Of a stretch of 64,000 nucleotides of DNA, positions 53,003 to 62,702 are shown one piece after another. The DNA comes from Candidatus Poribacteria bacterium (GTDB taxonomy: Bacteria; Poribacteria; WGA-4E; GCA-2687025): NCBI GenBank assembly GCA_963665845.2, contig OY762492.1, forward strand, positions 736,001-800,000, written 5' to 3'. Numbering within the stretch: position 1 is the first letter of the stretch; each line of letters starts with the position of its first letter. The notes beneath the pieces were generated by a model. The model saw nothing but the letters and a program-made list of their open reading frames with translations. It did not search any database and was not told where the DNA came from. The translations under genes and the position numbers were made by a program.

Positions 53003-53170
53003 TTGACCTCATGCATAAAGTGGGGACATCTGAACGACCAAAGCCTTTATTCATGGGAAAAAGGCTTCGCCAACCAGACCGTCATTCCCGCGTAAGCGGG
53101 AATCCAGAGGCGCCGCAGAAACTGTCCGCGTTCGCCGGCCGACATGTCCAAACTACAGACGTAAGGTCAG
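53003..53170 (+). mobile_element. MITE-like element A (contains the intact IS110 target context)
   Basis: TTGACCTCATGCATAAAGTGGGGACAT ... ATGTCCAAACTACAGACGTAAGGTCAG. Confidence 0.8.
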
Positions 53171-53350
53171 GGAGTGGGCCATGCGCGCATTCGATTTAAC
53201 CGATGAAAAAATAGAAACTTCCAGGCGCTTTTGGGCGTCTTTAAAGAATGCAAGGAGCGCGCCTCGGTATGGACTGAAAACGGCGCGCCGCAATCAAGGA
53301 GGTTGCATTCCAATGCCGCTGGATTTTAAAAACAACGCGAGGGGGAGATT

Positions 53351-54847
53351 ATGTCCCGCCGCATGATTTTCTACACGATACTGATCGGGTTTGCTGTCGG
53401 CGCCGCTTGGGCAGGCTTTACGTTGGCGGCGTCCGGCGATTCGGAATATACGGTTGTAGGCGCGAGATCGCGCGGCGCGGGGTCTGTCACGACAACGCTG
53501 CGCGGCGACCCGGCAAGCCTGTTCGGCAACCCGGCGCTCATCGCGGACGCCGAAAGAGCCGGCTTTCTTTTGGACGCGACGCAAGGCTCTCTCGCCGCGG
53601 CGATGCCCGTCTCGGACGGGGGCGCCGTCAGCTTCGGAGTTCTGAATTTGGACGAGGCTGCGGGGCAGGTCGGTCCCTTGTCTCCGCTGCGGATTGGAGC
53701 GTACCGCGCCTCTCTAGGTTACGCGCATTCCGTAGGGAACGCGCAGGGCGGGATGACCATCGACCATTGGCTTTTGAGCGGCGGCAAGCGTTATACAGGT
53801 TTCAGCCTCGGCGCGCTGATAGCGCCGTCGCCTTATGCGCAGTTCGGCGCGCAAGCGGTCTGGATCGATCCTGACGGATGGGCGCAATGGCCGCTTTCAA
53901 ACGCGGAGATTCCCCGCGGGGAGTCGTGGAACTGGCGCTACGGGGCGCTCATTCGTCCGGCGGACGATCTGCGTTTTCTTGTTGAGATGTCGCGCGGAAC
54001 GGTCGCGTTTGGAATGGAAACGGACTGGCGGATGTTTTCGGCGCGGGCTGGCTGGCGCGACTCGCGCCTCTCGGCGGGCGTCTCGGCAAATCTGCCGCAA
54101 GGCGCTGTCGTCCATTACGCCTACGATTTTGATAATCAAAAGCCGAGAGAAGGCGACCATTCGCTGTCGATCTCGTTCCCGCTGGAAGGCTCCATTCAAC
54201 CGGCTCCGCCCGCTCCTGTTGCCGCTCCCGCCCCCGTTCCCGTTCCCGCGTCTCCTCAGCAGCGGCAGACGATCATCGTTGTGCAGGAGGGAGCCGATCC
54301 GCCGAAGCGCCTCGTCGCTTCAGCGGTGGACCGGAAGCTGGACATACCCCTGGATGCGCGCCATTCGCTGCGCGCGTTGATTGAAAGCCATGCGCGCAAA
54401 TACGGAATTCCGCCGGAGCTTCTGCTTGGGATCGTCCATGCCGAGTCCAGTTTTGATCCGAACGCGATCTCCAAGTCCGGCGCGGTTGGGCTGTTTCAGC
54501 TGATGCCGGGGGCGGCGCGCGATATGGGGGTTCAACTGCCGGATTCCGCCGTATTGGACCGCCGGCGCGATCCGCGTTTTGATCCGATGGTGAACGCGGA
54601 CGCCGGGATACGGTATTTTGCGCATCTGCTTCAACGGTTCGATTGGAACTACGCCCTCGCCATCGCCGCATACAACGCCGGGCCGGGGCGCGTCGCCTCC
54701 GATATACCGCAGCGGAGCGAAACGGAGCGGTATGTGGGGCGCGTCTTGAACTTCTACTATCGATACACCGGCAACCCGGAAGCGTTAGAAGGCGCATGGA
54801 AACGGATTGAAGCGATCGAAACGGCGAACCGTGGCGCAACATTTTGA
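53351..54847 (+). CDS. PorV/PorQ-like beta-barrel fused to an SLT lytic transglycosylase domain
   Basis: Signal; VGARSRGAG..DPASLFGNPA; amphipathic strands; Pro-rich linker; IVHAESSF, GAVGLFQLMP, AIAAYNAG, ETERYV. Confidence 0.75.
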   Translation: MSRRMIFYTILIGFAVGAAWAGFTLAASGDSEYTVVGARSRGAGSVTTTLRGDPASLFGNPALIADAERAGFLLDATQGSLAAAMPVSDGGAVSFGVLNLDEAAGQVGPLSPLRIGAYRASLGYAHSVGNAQGGMTIDHWLLSGGKRYTGFSLGALIAPSPYAQFGAQAVWIDPDGWAQWPLSNAEIPRGESWNWRYGALIRPADDLRFLVEMSRGTVAFGMETDWRMFSARAGWRDSRLSAGVSANLPQGAVVHYAYDFDNQKPREGDHSLSISFPLEGSIQPAPPAPVAAPAPVPVPASPQQRQTIIVVQEGADPPKRLVASAVDRKLDIPLDARHSLRALIESHARKYGIPPELLLGIVHAESSFDPNAISKSGAVGLFQLMPGAARDMGVQLPDSAVLDRRRDPRFDPMVNADAGIRYFAHLLQRFDWNYALAIAAYNAGPGRVASDIPQRSETERYVGRVLNFYYRYTGNPEALEGAWKRIEAIETANRGATF

Positions 54848-55799
54848 ACCCAACTGCCTCTACTACGGCGACTGCCTTAACTGGATGCGCGAATGGGAAG
54901 ACAGCTGCGTCGACCTGATTTATCTTGACCCGCCGTTCAATTCTAACGCGAACTACAGCGTTCTCTTTGGGGGGAAGGGCGGCGACAATCAAGCGCAATA
55001 CAGCGCCTTCAACGACACATGGCATTGGGACGACGACGCCGCGGAACGGTACACGGCGTTTGAAAACGACCCCGAACGCCCCGCGCATGACGCCGTTGCC
55101 GGACTGCGCCGCATACTCGGCAAATGCGGAATGCTGGCGTATCTGACCTATATGGCGGAACGGCTGGAACAGATGAGGCGCATCCTGAAACCGACAGGCT
55201 CCATCTATCTCCATTGCGACCCGACCGCGAGCCATAGCCTCAAACTGCTCATGGACGCCGTCTTTGGACAAGCCAACTTCCGAAATGAGATCGTGTGGTG
55301 CTATACGACGCCGTCCAGCGCGAAGCGGCATTTTCCTAGAAAACATGACGCCATCTTTTTTTATTCCAAGCGGAAAGACGAGTATATCTTTAACCATGAA
55401 AGCCCTTTGCTAAGAGAGCCTTACAAACGGGGCAGCAAACTGGACGGCAAAGGATGGAAAACCGGCAAAACATATTCGCAGGATGAAGTGAACCGAGGCA
55501 AGCTGGCTCCAGACTGGTGGGATAAATTCACCCCTGTTCAACGATTGGCAAAGGAGCGTTTGGGCTATCCGACGCAGAAACCGCTGGCGCTGCTGAAGCG
55601 CATTATTGAGGCGTCGTCCAACGAAGGCGGCATTGTGCTGGATCCGTTTTGCGGCGGCGGCACGGCGGTTGAAGCGGCGCGCCGTCTCAACCGCCGCTGG
55701 GCGGGCGTCGACATCAACTCCGTCGCCATCGATCTCGTTCGGATGCGCCTAAAAGACGAGTCGATTTCGGTTAAAGGGATGCCTGTCGATCAGGAGTAG
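54831..55799 (+). CDS. Orphan site-specific DNA methyltransferase (N6-A/N4-C, beta class)
   Basis: LYYGDCL, DLIYLDPPF, GSIYLHCD, YPTQKP, VLDPFCGGGT. Confidence 0.9.
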   Translation: MAQHFEPNCLYYGDCLNWMREWEDSCVDLIYLDPPFNSNANYSVLFGGKGGDNQAQYSAFNDTWHWDDDAAERYTAFENDPERPAHDAVAGLRRILGKCGMLAYLTYMAERLEQMRRILKPTGSIYLHCDPTASHSLKLLMDAVFGQANFRNEIVWCYTTPSSAKRHFPRKHDAIFFYSKRKDEYIFNHESPLLREPYKRGSKLDGKGWKTGKTYSQDEVNRGKLAPDWWDKFTPVQRLAKERLGYPTQKPLALLKRIIEASSNEGGIVLDPFCGGGTAVEAARRLNRRWAGVDINSVAIDLVRMRLKDESISVKGMPVDQE

Positions 55800-55843
55800 G
55801 CGCGCAGATTGACGCGCTATATTTAATGTTGAGGAGCGGCGCA

Positions 55844-57577
55844 ATGTCCATCGACAGCTTTTCGCTTTACTGCATGGTTCCAGAACTGCGGGCGCGTTTT
55901 TTAAACCGACCCGCGCGGGATGTCTCGCAGCCGTCCCGCTTTGAAATCGTCCTGCGCTTTCGACGGCGCGAAGAGGAAGAGAGCGGACCGATACTGCTGC
56001 TCTCCATGCATCCGCAGCGGGCGCGCGTTCATACCTCCAACGACTTTCCAAAACAGAAACAGCTCCCGCATTTTGCCGCGACGATCCGCCAGCATTTACT
56101 GCGGGGCGAACTGACCGCCATCGATCAAACCGATATGGACAGAATCCTAACGCTCCGCTTCGATCCGCCGCCGGGCGTGTTGAGCGAACAGCGCGGCGAA
56201 AGCCTGCTCATCGCTGAAATGATGGGCAAACACAGCAACCTCATCCTTGTCAACGCGCAGACGAACCGCATCATCGAAGCGGCAAAACATGTCCGCGAAC
56301 ATCAAAACCGCCATCGTGAAATCGTCCCGGGCGCCGAATATCTGCCCCCGCCGTCCACAGAACGGGCGGACCCGTTCGCCATGACGCGCGCCGAGTTTGA
56401 CAAGCGGATCGACCCGTCCGGCGGCGACCCCGTCTGGAAGCAGGCGCTGGAGCGCATCGACGGGTTCAGCCCCGCCTTTGCGAAAGAGTGGGAAGCGTCC
56501 GCGCAGGACGGCTCCAGCGGCGCGCTCTGGGCGGCTTTCCATGAACGCATGGAGCGGCTGAAACGGCGTCAACCGAACCCGCATGTGTTATACGGCGGGG
56601 GGCGCGCCGTCGGGTATACGCTGTTTTCTCCGTCGGGCGATCCGTTCGCCGAGGCGGTTCGCTTTGAGAGCGCGGACGCGGCCATCGGCGCCTATTACAC
56701 GGAGACGGCGCGTCAAGAGGAGATCGAGAGGGCGCGGAATCAGCTCGCGCAGGCGATACAGCGCCGGGAGGCGTTTTTGTTGAAAAAACAGCGCGCCCTG
56801 CAAGGCGATCTGCGCCGTTCAGAGCGGGCGGAAGATTATCAGCGCAGCGGCGAACTGCTCATGTCGGCGCTCCATGAGATACCGCCGCGCGCCGAGACGG
56901 CGTCCGTTACAGACTATTACGATCCGAACGCGCCGAAGGTGGAGATCGCGCTGAACCCGAACAGGTCGGCGCTGGAGAACGCGCAAGAATACTTTAAAAA
57001 AAGCCGCAAGGCGCGACGAGGAGCCGCCCGTATCGCCCAGCTCATTTCGGACATGGAGCGCGAGTTTGAATGGGTCGACAAATACAGGCGTCTCCTGAAG
57101 GAAGCGACCGACCTGGAAAGCCTGAAAACGCAGCGCGCCGACATGGAGCGGATGGGCTGGATTCAGCGAACCGACGCGAAAGGCGCCAAAAAAGAGACGG
57201 CGCAGCCGTACCGCTCCTTCACGCACCGCGGATGGACGATACTGGCGGGGCGCAACGACCGCGAAAACGAGTGGCTCGTCACGCGCGTCGGGCGAAAAGA
57301 CGACATGTGGCTCCATGCAAAGCAGACGACAGGCTCGCATGTGCTGATACGCAACCCAGAGCGGCGCGCCCAGATACCGATGCCGGTGCTGCTGTCCGCG
57401 GCGAAGCTGGCGGCGAATATGAGCAAGGCGCGTTTCACCAAGCATGCGCCGGTCGACTACACCTTTTTAAAGTACGTGACCCGACCGAAAGGCGCCAAGA
57501 CAGGCATGGTCGTCTATTCGAGAGAAAAAACCTTGTTCGTGGACCCTGCGCCGCCGTCGGAGCTGTTTGGCGCTTAG
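55844..57577 (+). CDS. rqcH: Ribosome quality-control factor RqcH/FbpA (NFACT)
   Basis: DRIL, EMMGKHSNLILV, Y..PP, ENAQEYFKK, GRNDRENE, WLHA..GSHV, VDYT. Confidence 0.9.
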   Translation: MSIDSFSLYCMVPELRARFLNRPARDVSQPSRFEIVLRFRRREEEESGPILLLSMHPQRARVHTSNDFPKQKQLPHFAATIRQHLLRGELTAIDQTDMDRILTLRFDPPPGVLSEQRGESLLIAEMMGKHSNLILVNAQTNRIIEAAKHVREHQNRHREIVPGAEYLPPPSTERADPFAMTRAEFDKRIDPSGGDPVWKQALERIDGFSPAFAKEWEASAQDGSSGALWAAFHERMERLKRRQPNPHVLYGGGRAVGYTLFSPSGDPFAEAVRFESADAAIGAYYTETARQEEIERARNQLAQAIQRREAFLLKKQRALQGDLRRSERAEDYQRSGELLMSALHEIPPRAETASVTDYYDPNAPKVEIALNPNRSALENAQEYFKKSRKARRGAARIAQLISDMEREFEWVDKYRRLLKEATDLESLKTQRADMERMGWIQRTDAKGAKKETAQPYRSFTHRGWTILAGRNDRENEWLVTRVGRKDDMWLHAKQTTGSHVLIRNPERRAQIPMPVLLSAAKLAANMSKARFTKHAPVDYTFLKYVTRPKGAKTGMVVYSREKTLFVDPAPPSELFGA

Positions 57578-57691
57578 CAGGCGTCGTAGGCAGCCGACCC
57601 GCGCTTCCTCTTCCCGTCATTCCCGCGCCCCTTCCCGTCATTCCCGCGCAAGCGGGAATCCAGAGCCCAGCACACGACGTCCGCGTCCGCC

Positions 57692-58747
57692 CTACTTCTC
57701 GACAATCTCCACCTGTATCGACTCGCCCAATTCTGCCGCGATCTCCTCAAGAATCTGTTTTTTCGAATTAGTGTTACAATGGTGGACGATATAGTGTTCC
57801 CCGCGCCTTTTATGATGCTTTGTGCTAGGAACGGAGGTAGAGATTAATGGCTGATCGGCTAATCGTATATTGAGGCTTTCCACCTTCTCTATTCCGAGAC
57901 CATCAATCGCATCAGCAAATGTTTCGGTTGCGTGTTTATGGCTGATCTTAGAGCCGTCGGGCATCGTAACGACGAGTCGGGTTGGCGGCTTCGGCTTCTT
58001 TCTCTTTTCTTCAGGCTCGCGCGAGGGAGAGATATTGCTGGGTGGAGCAGGCTTAACAGGTTCAATTCCGGAGCTTGGTGTCGTTTCCAACCGTTCCAAA
58101 AAGACCATGATCTGCTCTTTCGTCGGCTTATGTCCGCAAAGGCTTTCGGTTTTGTTGGACAAAGCGTCCAACAAAGATTCGTTCTCCTCTTCGATCAATT
58201 TTGTCCATGCTTCAGGCAGATGTTTCGCCGCTTGCCTCTGTTTAGAAGTTTCCTGATGATCCTCTCTGATCGTCTCAAACGCTTCGCCGTTTCGCACCGA
58301 TTCACAGAGCAGGTATCTCGTCAGACAACGCGCTACCTTTTCGCTGGAATCTTCGATCAGGTTCAGCTCAACCACTTCGCGCTCTCGATAATCGCCCGGC
58401 GCCAACGGATAGAAAAACCGCCATTTCTGACCGTCTGTCAAAACGATGATCGGAACGCCGCGGTGGAATGCGTAACGGAACAGCTGTTGCTCTCCGCCTT
58501 CAATCTTCCCGACGCCTTTGACCTCAATCAAGACTTTCGGTTTCTGTTCAGGATGGCACAGCGCAAAGTCAACCCGCCCGCCCTCAAGGGGATATTGCCC
58601 ATACACAACACGCGTGTCGTACCCAGGCCACCCCAGCCCGTCGCACAATATCCTTAGCACGACGCCGCGAGAAATCGCGTCTTCGTTCGGATATTGCTCG
58701 TTCCTCAACATCTCTCGTATGTCGTCAATATGCTCTGCAAGCGTCAT
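57692..58747 (-). CDS. HsdR_N-like (type I restriction N-terminal) PD-(D/E)xK nuclease with a C-terminal accessory domain
   Basis: NEDAI..LGW, RVDFAL, LIEVK, QLFRYAF, LTDGQKWRFF; AT-richer than the flanks. Confidence 0.8.
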   Translation of the reverse strand: MTLAEHIDDIREMLRNEQYPNEDAISRGVVLRILCDGLGWPGYDTRVVYGQYPLEGGRVDFALCHPEQKPKVLIEVKGVGKIEGGEQQLFRYAFHRGVPIIVLTDGQKWRFFYPLAPGDYREREVVELNLIEDSSEKVARCLTRYLLCESVRNGEAFETIREDHQETSKQRQAAKHLPEAWTKLIEEENESLLDALSNKTESLCGHKPTKEQIMVFLERLETTPSSGIEPVKPAPPSNISPSREPEEKRKKPKPPTRLVVTMPDGSKISHKHATETFADAIDGLGIEKVESLNIRLADQPLISTSVPSTKHHKRRGEHYIVHHCNTNSKKQILEEIAAELGESIQVEIVEK

Positions 58748-58829
58748 CGGCTGCCCATTCATCATGATTAAAAATGCTGTTGCGCTGCGCATAAACTTTA
58801 ACAGAAACAGGCGCAAGATGCAACCTGGA

Positions 58830-59020
58830 CTGACCTTACATCTTTAGTCGGGGCATGTCGGCGGGCGGACGCGGACGGCTTCTGCGGCGCCTCTAGATTC
58901 CCGCTTGCGCGGGAATGCATGCCCTCGTGAAAACGGGGGACGGTCTGGTAGGCGGCGCCTTTATCCCATGAATAAAGGTTTTGTTCGTTCAAATATCCCA
59001 AACTTTATGCATGAGGTCAG
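58830..59020 (-). mobile_element. MITE-like element A
   Basis: CTGACCTTACATCTTTAGTCGGGGCAT ... ATATCCCAAACTTTATGCATGAGGTCAG. Confidence 0.8.
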
Positions 59021-59023
59021 TGA

Positions 59024-60679
59024 TCATGCGCCGTCCGTTTCATGCCGACTTTCCGAAACAGGCTCGGTCAGCGCCGTTAGCGGAAAAACCCATGCGTTCA
59101 TCGGGTTCGCGTATCCGCCAATCACCTCCCAGTAGATGCCGACGGGGGACGGGTCCCATCCGCCGTCCTCCCGCTGCAGTTTGAGCAGCCGTTGAATTGC
59201 CGCCTCCGCCTCTACGCCATGCGCGCGGAGAGACTGCGCGGCGGCGGCGGTCTGCTCGGCGGTACTGTCGGCAGGTTCGCCCAGCTGCGTTTCTCCCCAT
59301 CCGCCGTCCGCGTTTTGCGCCGATTGAAGCCACTCAGTACCTCGGCGGATTCGCGCCGCGTCTCCGAGCCGCGTTCGCGCCATCGCGGTCAACGCGGTTC
59401 CCGTTCCGTAGCTTTTTTTGGCGATCCAGAGGTCGTCCCATGACCCGTCCGCGTTTTGCGCGTCATGGAGCCACTCGACCGCTTTTTTTACGGCTTGCGT
59501 TTCGCCCGCTTGATGCATCGTTTCCAGGGCATGCGCCGTGACGCTGACGCATCCGACATCGCCGGCGCCGGGGGAGTAGGTCGCCCATGACCCGTCCGGC
59601 GCCTGCCGTTCGCGCAGCCAGTCTATAGCCCGTTGAATCTGCAGCGTCTTTTTGCTTTGCGTCATGAGAGCGGCGGCGGCAAGCGCCGTGTCGTCCGCGT
59701 CGGACGGCAGCCCCCGACCGCGCAAACCGTGAAACGCCCATCCGCCGTCCATGTTTTGAACCCGCTCCAGCCATTGCCGCGCCTTCTGTATCGGCTCCGC
59801 CTGCGCGGGAACGCCCGACTGAACGAGCGCCCGAACCGCCAGCGATGTGTCCCATACGTTGAGCGACGCCGCCTCGCGCCTTCCGCCGTCCGGGTTGCGC
59901 ATCTTGTCAAGCCACTCCAGCGCGCGTTTCAGCGGCAGTTCGATTCGCTCGTCCACCTGGGCGCGCTGCGCCGCTTGAAGAGCCAGCGCCGCAATCGCCG
60001 TAATGAACGCGACGCAGAACCAGCTCCCGTCCGCCGCCTGCCTCGACAAGACCCACGCGGTCAGGTCTTTCATCTCCTGCGGGCGCCGCCGCGTGTGCGT
60101 TTCAATGAGCAGCAGCATCGGCGCCAGCGTGTATTGCTCCGCCGCAAAGAGCCGCTTGAACGCCCCCTGCCGATGAAGCGACACGGGCGGCGCGAGATGC
60201 TGCGGCGGCTTGATTCGCCGAAACAGCGCCTTCGGAAACACGAGCGACAACCCGCCCAAAACGCGCCCCGCCAGCGACATATGCCAAGGCGGAATGAGAC
60301 GGCGCCACTCATACTGACCCGCCAGCGCGCCAAACGTTTTCACAAGCCATAAATGCCAATCAAGCGGCGGAATCTTGTCCAGCGCCTGACGCAGCCCCTC
60401 GTCCTCTTCAATATCGAGCGCCGCATGAAGAACGACGCGCGCAAAACGCGCCGCCTCCTCCGAAGCGCGCCCTTCAGGATCGAGCGGGTAAAGCCCGTCC
60501 CGCCCCTGCCGTTCGATGAGCCACCGCCGGCTTTCAGCGTCCAGCGGCTTTCCCTCCTGCATATCGATGAGCATGCAGGCGAGCGTCGGATAAGCGTTGG
60601 AGGTGAGCCTACCCTCAAAACGTCCATTCTTTTTTTGAAGTTTGAGAAGCCCTGTCTGCGCTTTTTGGACAGCTTCCAT
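59024..60679 (-). CDS. Squalene-hopene cyclase-like class II terpene cyclase, atypical
   Basis: Six QxxDG(G/S)W repeats, VWDTSLA, catalytic DADDTA, STAEQTA, FPLTAL; 551 aa. Confidence 0.85.
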   Translation of the reverse strand: MEAVQKAQTGLLKLQKKNGRFEGRLTSNAYPTLACMLIDMQEGKPLDAESRRWLIERQGRDGLYPLDPEGRASEEAARFARVVLHAALDIEEDEGLRQALDKIPPLDWHLWLVKTFGALAGQYEWRRLIPPWHMSLAGRVLGGLSLVFPKALFRRIKPPQHLAPPVSLHRQGAFKRLFAAEQYTLAPMLLLIETHTRRRPQEMKDLTAWVLSRQAADGSWFCVAFITAIAALALQAAQRAQVDERIELPLKRALEWLDKMRNPDGGRREAASLNVWDTSLAVRALVQSGVPAQAEPIQKARQWLERVQNMDGGWAFHGLRGRGLPSDADDTALAAAALMTQSKKTLQIQRAIDWLRERQAPDGSWATYSPGAGDVGCVSVTAHALETMHQAGETQAVKKAVEWLHDAQNADGSWDDLWIAKKSYGTGTALTAMARTRLGDAARIRRGTEWLQSAQNADGGWGETQLGEPADSTAEQTAAAAQSLRAHGVEAEAAIQRLLKLQREDGGWDPSPVGIYWEVIGGYANPMNAWVFPLTALTEPVSESRHETDGA

Positions 60680-60682
60680 CGG

Positions 60683-61909
60683 TCAACCGACCAGCTGATG
60701 ACAGACGGCGCCGTTGATCATCGTGAAGACGACGCGCGCTTCGTCGTCCAGGAGCCGATCGCAGATGCGCGCCTTGCCGTTCGGCGCCTCTATCCCGACA
60801 ATGTCCGCCTTCCATCCTGACCGCAGCCCGCCGATTTTCGCGGCGACGCGCGTCGTCTTCGCGCCGTTCAAGGTGGCGAAGGTCAGGATGCGTTCAGGCG
60901 CGATGTGCGGATATTTGCGCGCCGTGAAACGCATTTCGTCCAGCATGCTCAAGCTGGGGCAGCTGGCGAGGCTGTCGGTTCCAAGGGCGATGTTGACCCC
61001 CAGCGAAAAAAGCCGCTCAAACGGGTGCTCGCCATGCCCAAAGTAATCGTGGCTTCGCGGGCAGTACACAACGGTGATGTTCAAATCGCGCAGAATCGGA
61101 ATGTCGCTGTTGCGGATGTAGTTGCCGTGCGCGATGAGCGGCGCCGCCTCAAAAAAACCGAGACCATGCAGATACTGCGCGGGCGTCTTCTTCGGCGGTT
61201 TCCAATCGGAAATGTCGACGCCAAAGTCGTTCAGCAGGTCGGCGAAGGGACCGCCCCCGTCGTATAAAAAACGCTCCTCCTCCTCCGTCTCCGCCACGTG
61301 AGACGAGATCGGCAGCCCGCGCCGCATCGACATCTCAACGCACCGCTTGTAAAGCGAAGCCGACACCGAATACGGCGCATGCGGCGACACGCCGACCGTC
61401 GTCAGCGCGTCCGACTCCGCGTTTTGAACGCGCTTGCGCAGGATTTCAGCCGCCTCTCCGCACCGCTTTTCGTCAAATTGTATCGTTTCAAATTCGGCTC
61501 TCGCGCGGATGGGCGACTCCTTCAAGGCGCCGTATGCATGCTCCGTGTAGGCGATGTCAACCAGCGTCGTCGTTCCCGCTTCGATAGAGGCTCTGGCGCC
61601 GTCTTTGACGGTTTGATATACGGCTTCGGGGTTTGTGTCGCGTTGCGCGGAGAGCTGTCGGATCCATTTGGTAAAGGAGCTTGGCGGCGGTATTTGTCCC
61701 GCAAGTCCGCCTAGATCAAGGTGGGCATGGGCGTTGATGAAGCCCGGCAGGAGCGCGATTTCGCCGAGGTCCAGCGCGTCCGCGGCGCCGTCCCGCGCCA
61801 GCCGTTCAAACGGGCCGATATCCACAATCGCATCCCCCGCGATCCGCACGGCTCCATTTTCATAAAGCTCGTGGCTGCTCGGCATCACATATTTGGCGCG
61901 CAAGAGCAT
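60683..61909 (-). CDS. Amidohydrolase, probable aminodeoxyfutalosine deaminase
   Basis: NAHAHLD, SPHAPYSVS, HVAETEEE, GTDSLAS; adjacent to mqnA. Confidence 0.75.
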   Translation of the reverse strand: MLLRAKYVMPSSHELYENGAVRIAGDAIVDIGPFERLARDGAADALDLGEIALLPGFINAHAHLDLGGLAGQIPPPSSFTKWIRQLSAQRDTNPEAVYQTVKDGARASIEAGTTTLVDIAYTEHAYGALKESPIRARAEFETIQFDEKRCGEAAEILRKRVQNAESDALTTVGVSPHAPYSVSASLYKRCVEMSMRRGLPISSHVAETEEEERFLYDGGGPFADLLNDFGVDISDWKPPKKTPAQYLHGLGFFEAAPLIAHGNYIRNSDIPILRDLNITVVYCPRSHDYFGHGEHPFERLFSLGVNIALGTDSLASCPSLSMLDEMRFTARKYPHIAPERILTFATLNGAKTTRVAAKIGGLRSGWKADIVGIEAPNGKARICDRLLDDEARVVFTMINGAVCHQLVG

Positions 61910-61925
61910 TCCGCTTCAGCCCCTG

Positions 61926-62696
61926 TTAAAAAATCAGCATTCGGTCGATGTCGGGCGCCTTCTCAAGCAGCCCGATCTCGGCGGCAAGGTGAGCGAACCA
62001 TTTCAAACCCGCAACATGGTCATGGTTTAAATCATACTCGATGCTTCGGGTCAGGTAGAACCGCGCGGTCGATTCGGGCAATCCGCGCCGTTTCGCTTCG
62101 CGCCGGGCGATCTCATCGATCTGCTCGGCGCCGGCGCGTTTCGCTTCCTGGAGAAGGCGCGCCAGTGTCGGCGTCGCCGCGGACGGACGCGCCGCCCAGA
62201 CCGCAAACACAAACGGAAGCCCCGCCGCCCGCATCCAATCCTGCCCCAGATCGATCTCATCAACAAAATCGCCGGCGTATCCGAGAGCGGGATCCCCAAT
62301 CAGCAGCTGCGCGTCCGCGTTCGGATCAATCCCGACCTTGTAATCAGGACGAAGCCCCCGCCGCGTCTCCAGAAGTATGCGCGTCAAAGCGGCGGAGGTG
62401 CGTGAACTAGGGTCTAAAGCGACCGAGCGGACATCCTGTATCGATCTTCGGCAAAACAGCTTGACGCTTTGGACGCTCCCTCGGCAGCTGATCGAGACGT
62501 CTGGGACGATCCGATAGCGCGGATTTTTCAGCGCTTCAAAAACAGGTATCAGCGCCGCGTCCAGGTCGCCCGCCGCGAGCTGATCAGCCAGCGCGCTCGG
62601 CACGGCGAGGCTCAATTCCGCGTCCGGCAGCGCGTCTAAACCCGCGTTCACCGGCGCCGAATTCAGATAACTGACGGAGCCTATCCGCAGCGGCAT
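61926..62696 (-). CDS. mqnA: Chorismate dehydratase (futalosine pathway)
   Basis: IGSVSYLN, GSVQSVKL, SSRTS, LLIGDPAL, DLGQDW..GLPFVFAVW. Confidence 0.93.
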   Translation of the reverse strand: MPLRIGSVSYLNSAPVNAGLDALPDAELSLAVPSALADQLAAGDLDAALIPVFEALKNPRYRIVPDVSISCRGSVQSVKLFCRRSIQDVRSVALDPSSRTSAALTRILLETRRGLRPDYKVGIDPNADAQLLIGDPALGYAGDFVDEIDLGQDWMRAAGLPFVFAVWAARPSAATPTLARLLQEAKRAGAEQIDEIARREAKRRGLPESTARFYLTRSIEYDLNHDHVAGLKWFAHLAAEIGLLEKAPDIDRMLIF

Positions 62697-62702
62697 GAAA
62701 CC

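Noticed and set aside
54273-55397. 374-aa minus-strand ORF and other long antisense ORFs (e.g. 14243-15055, 46224-47006)
   Set aside because: Shadows of well-supported genes on the opposite strand in GC-rich DNA; no motifs.
59024-60679. Assigning the symbol shc (canonical hopanoid synthesis)
   Set aside because: Shorter than typical SHC, divergent active-site C-terminal motif, and no hpn context in the window.
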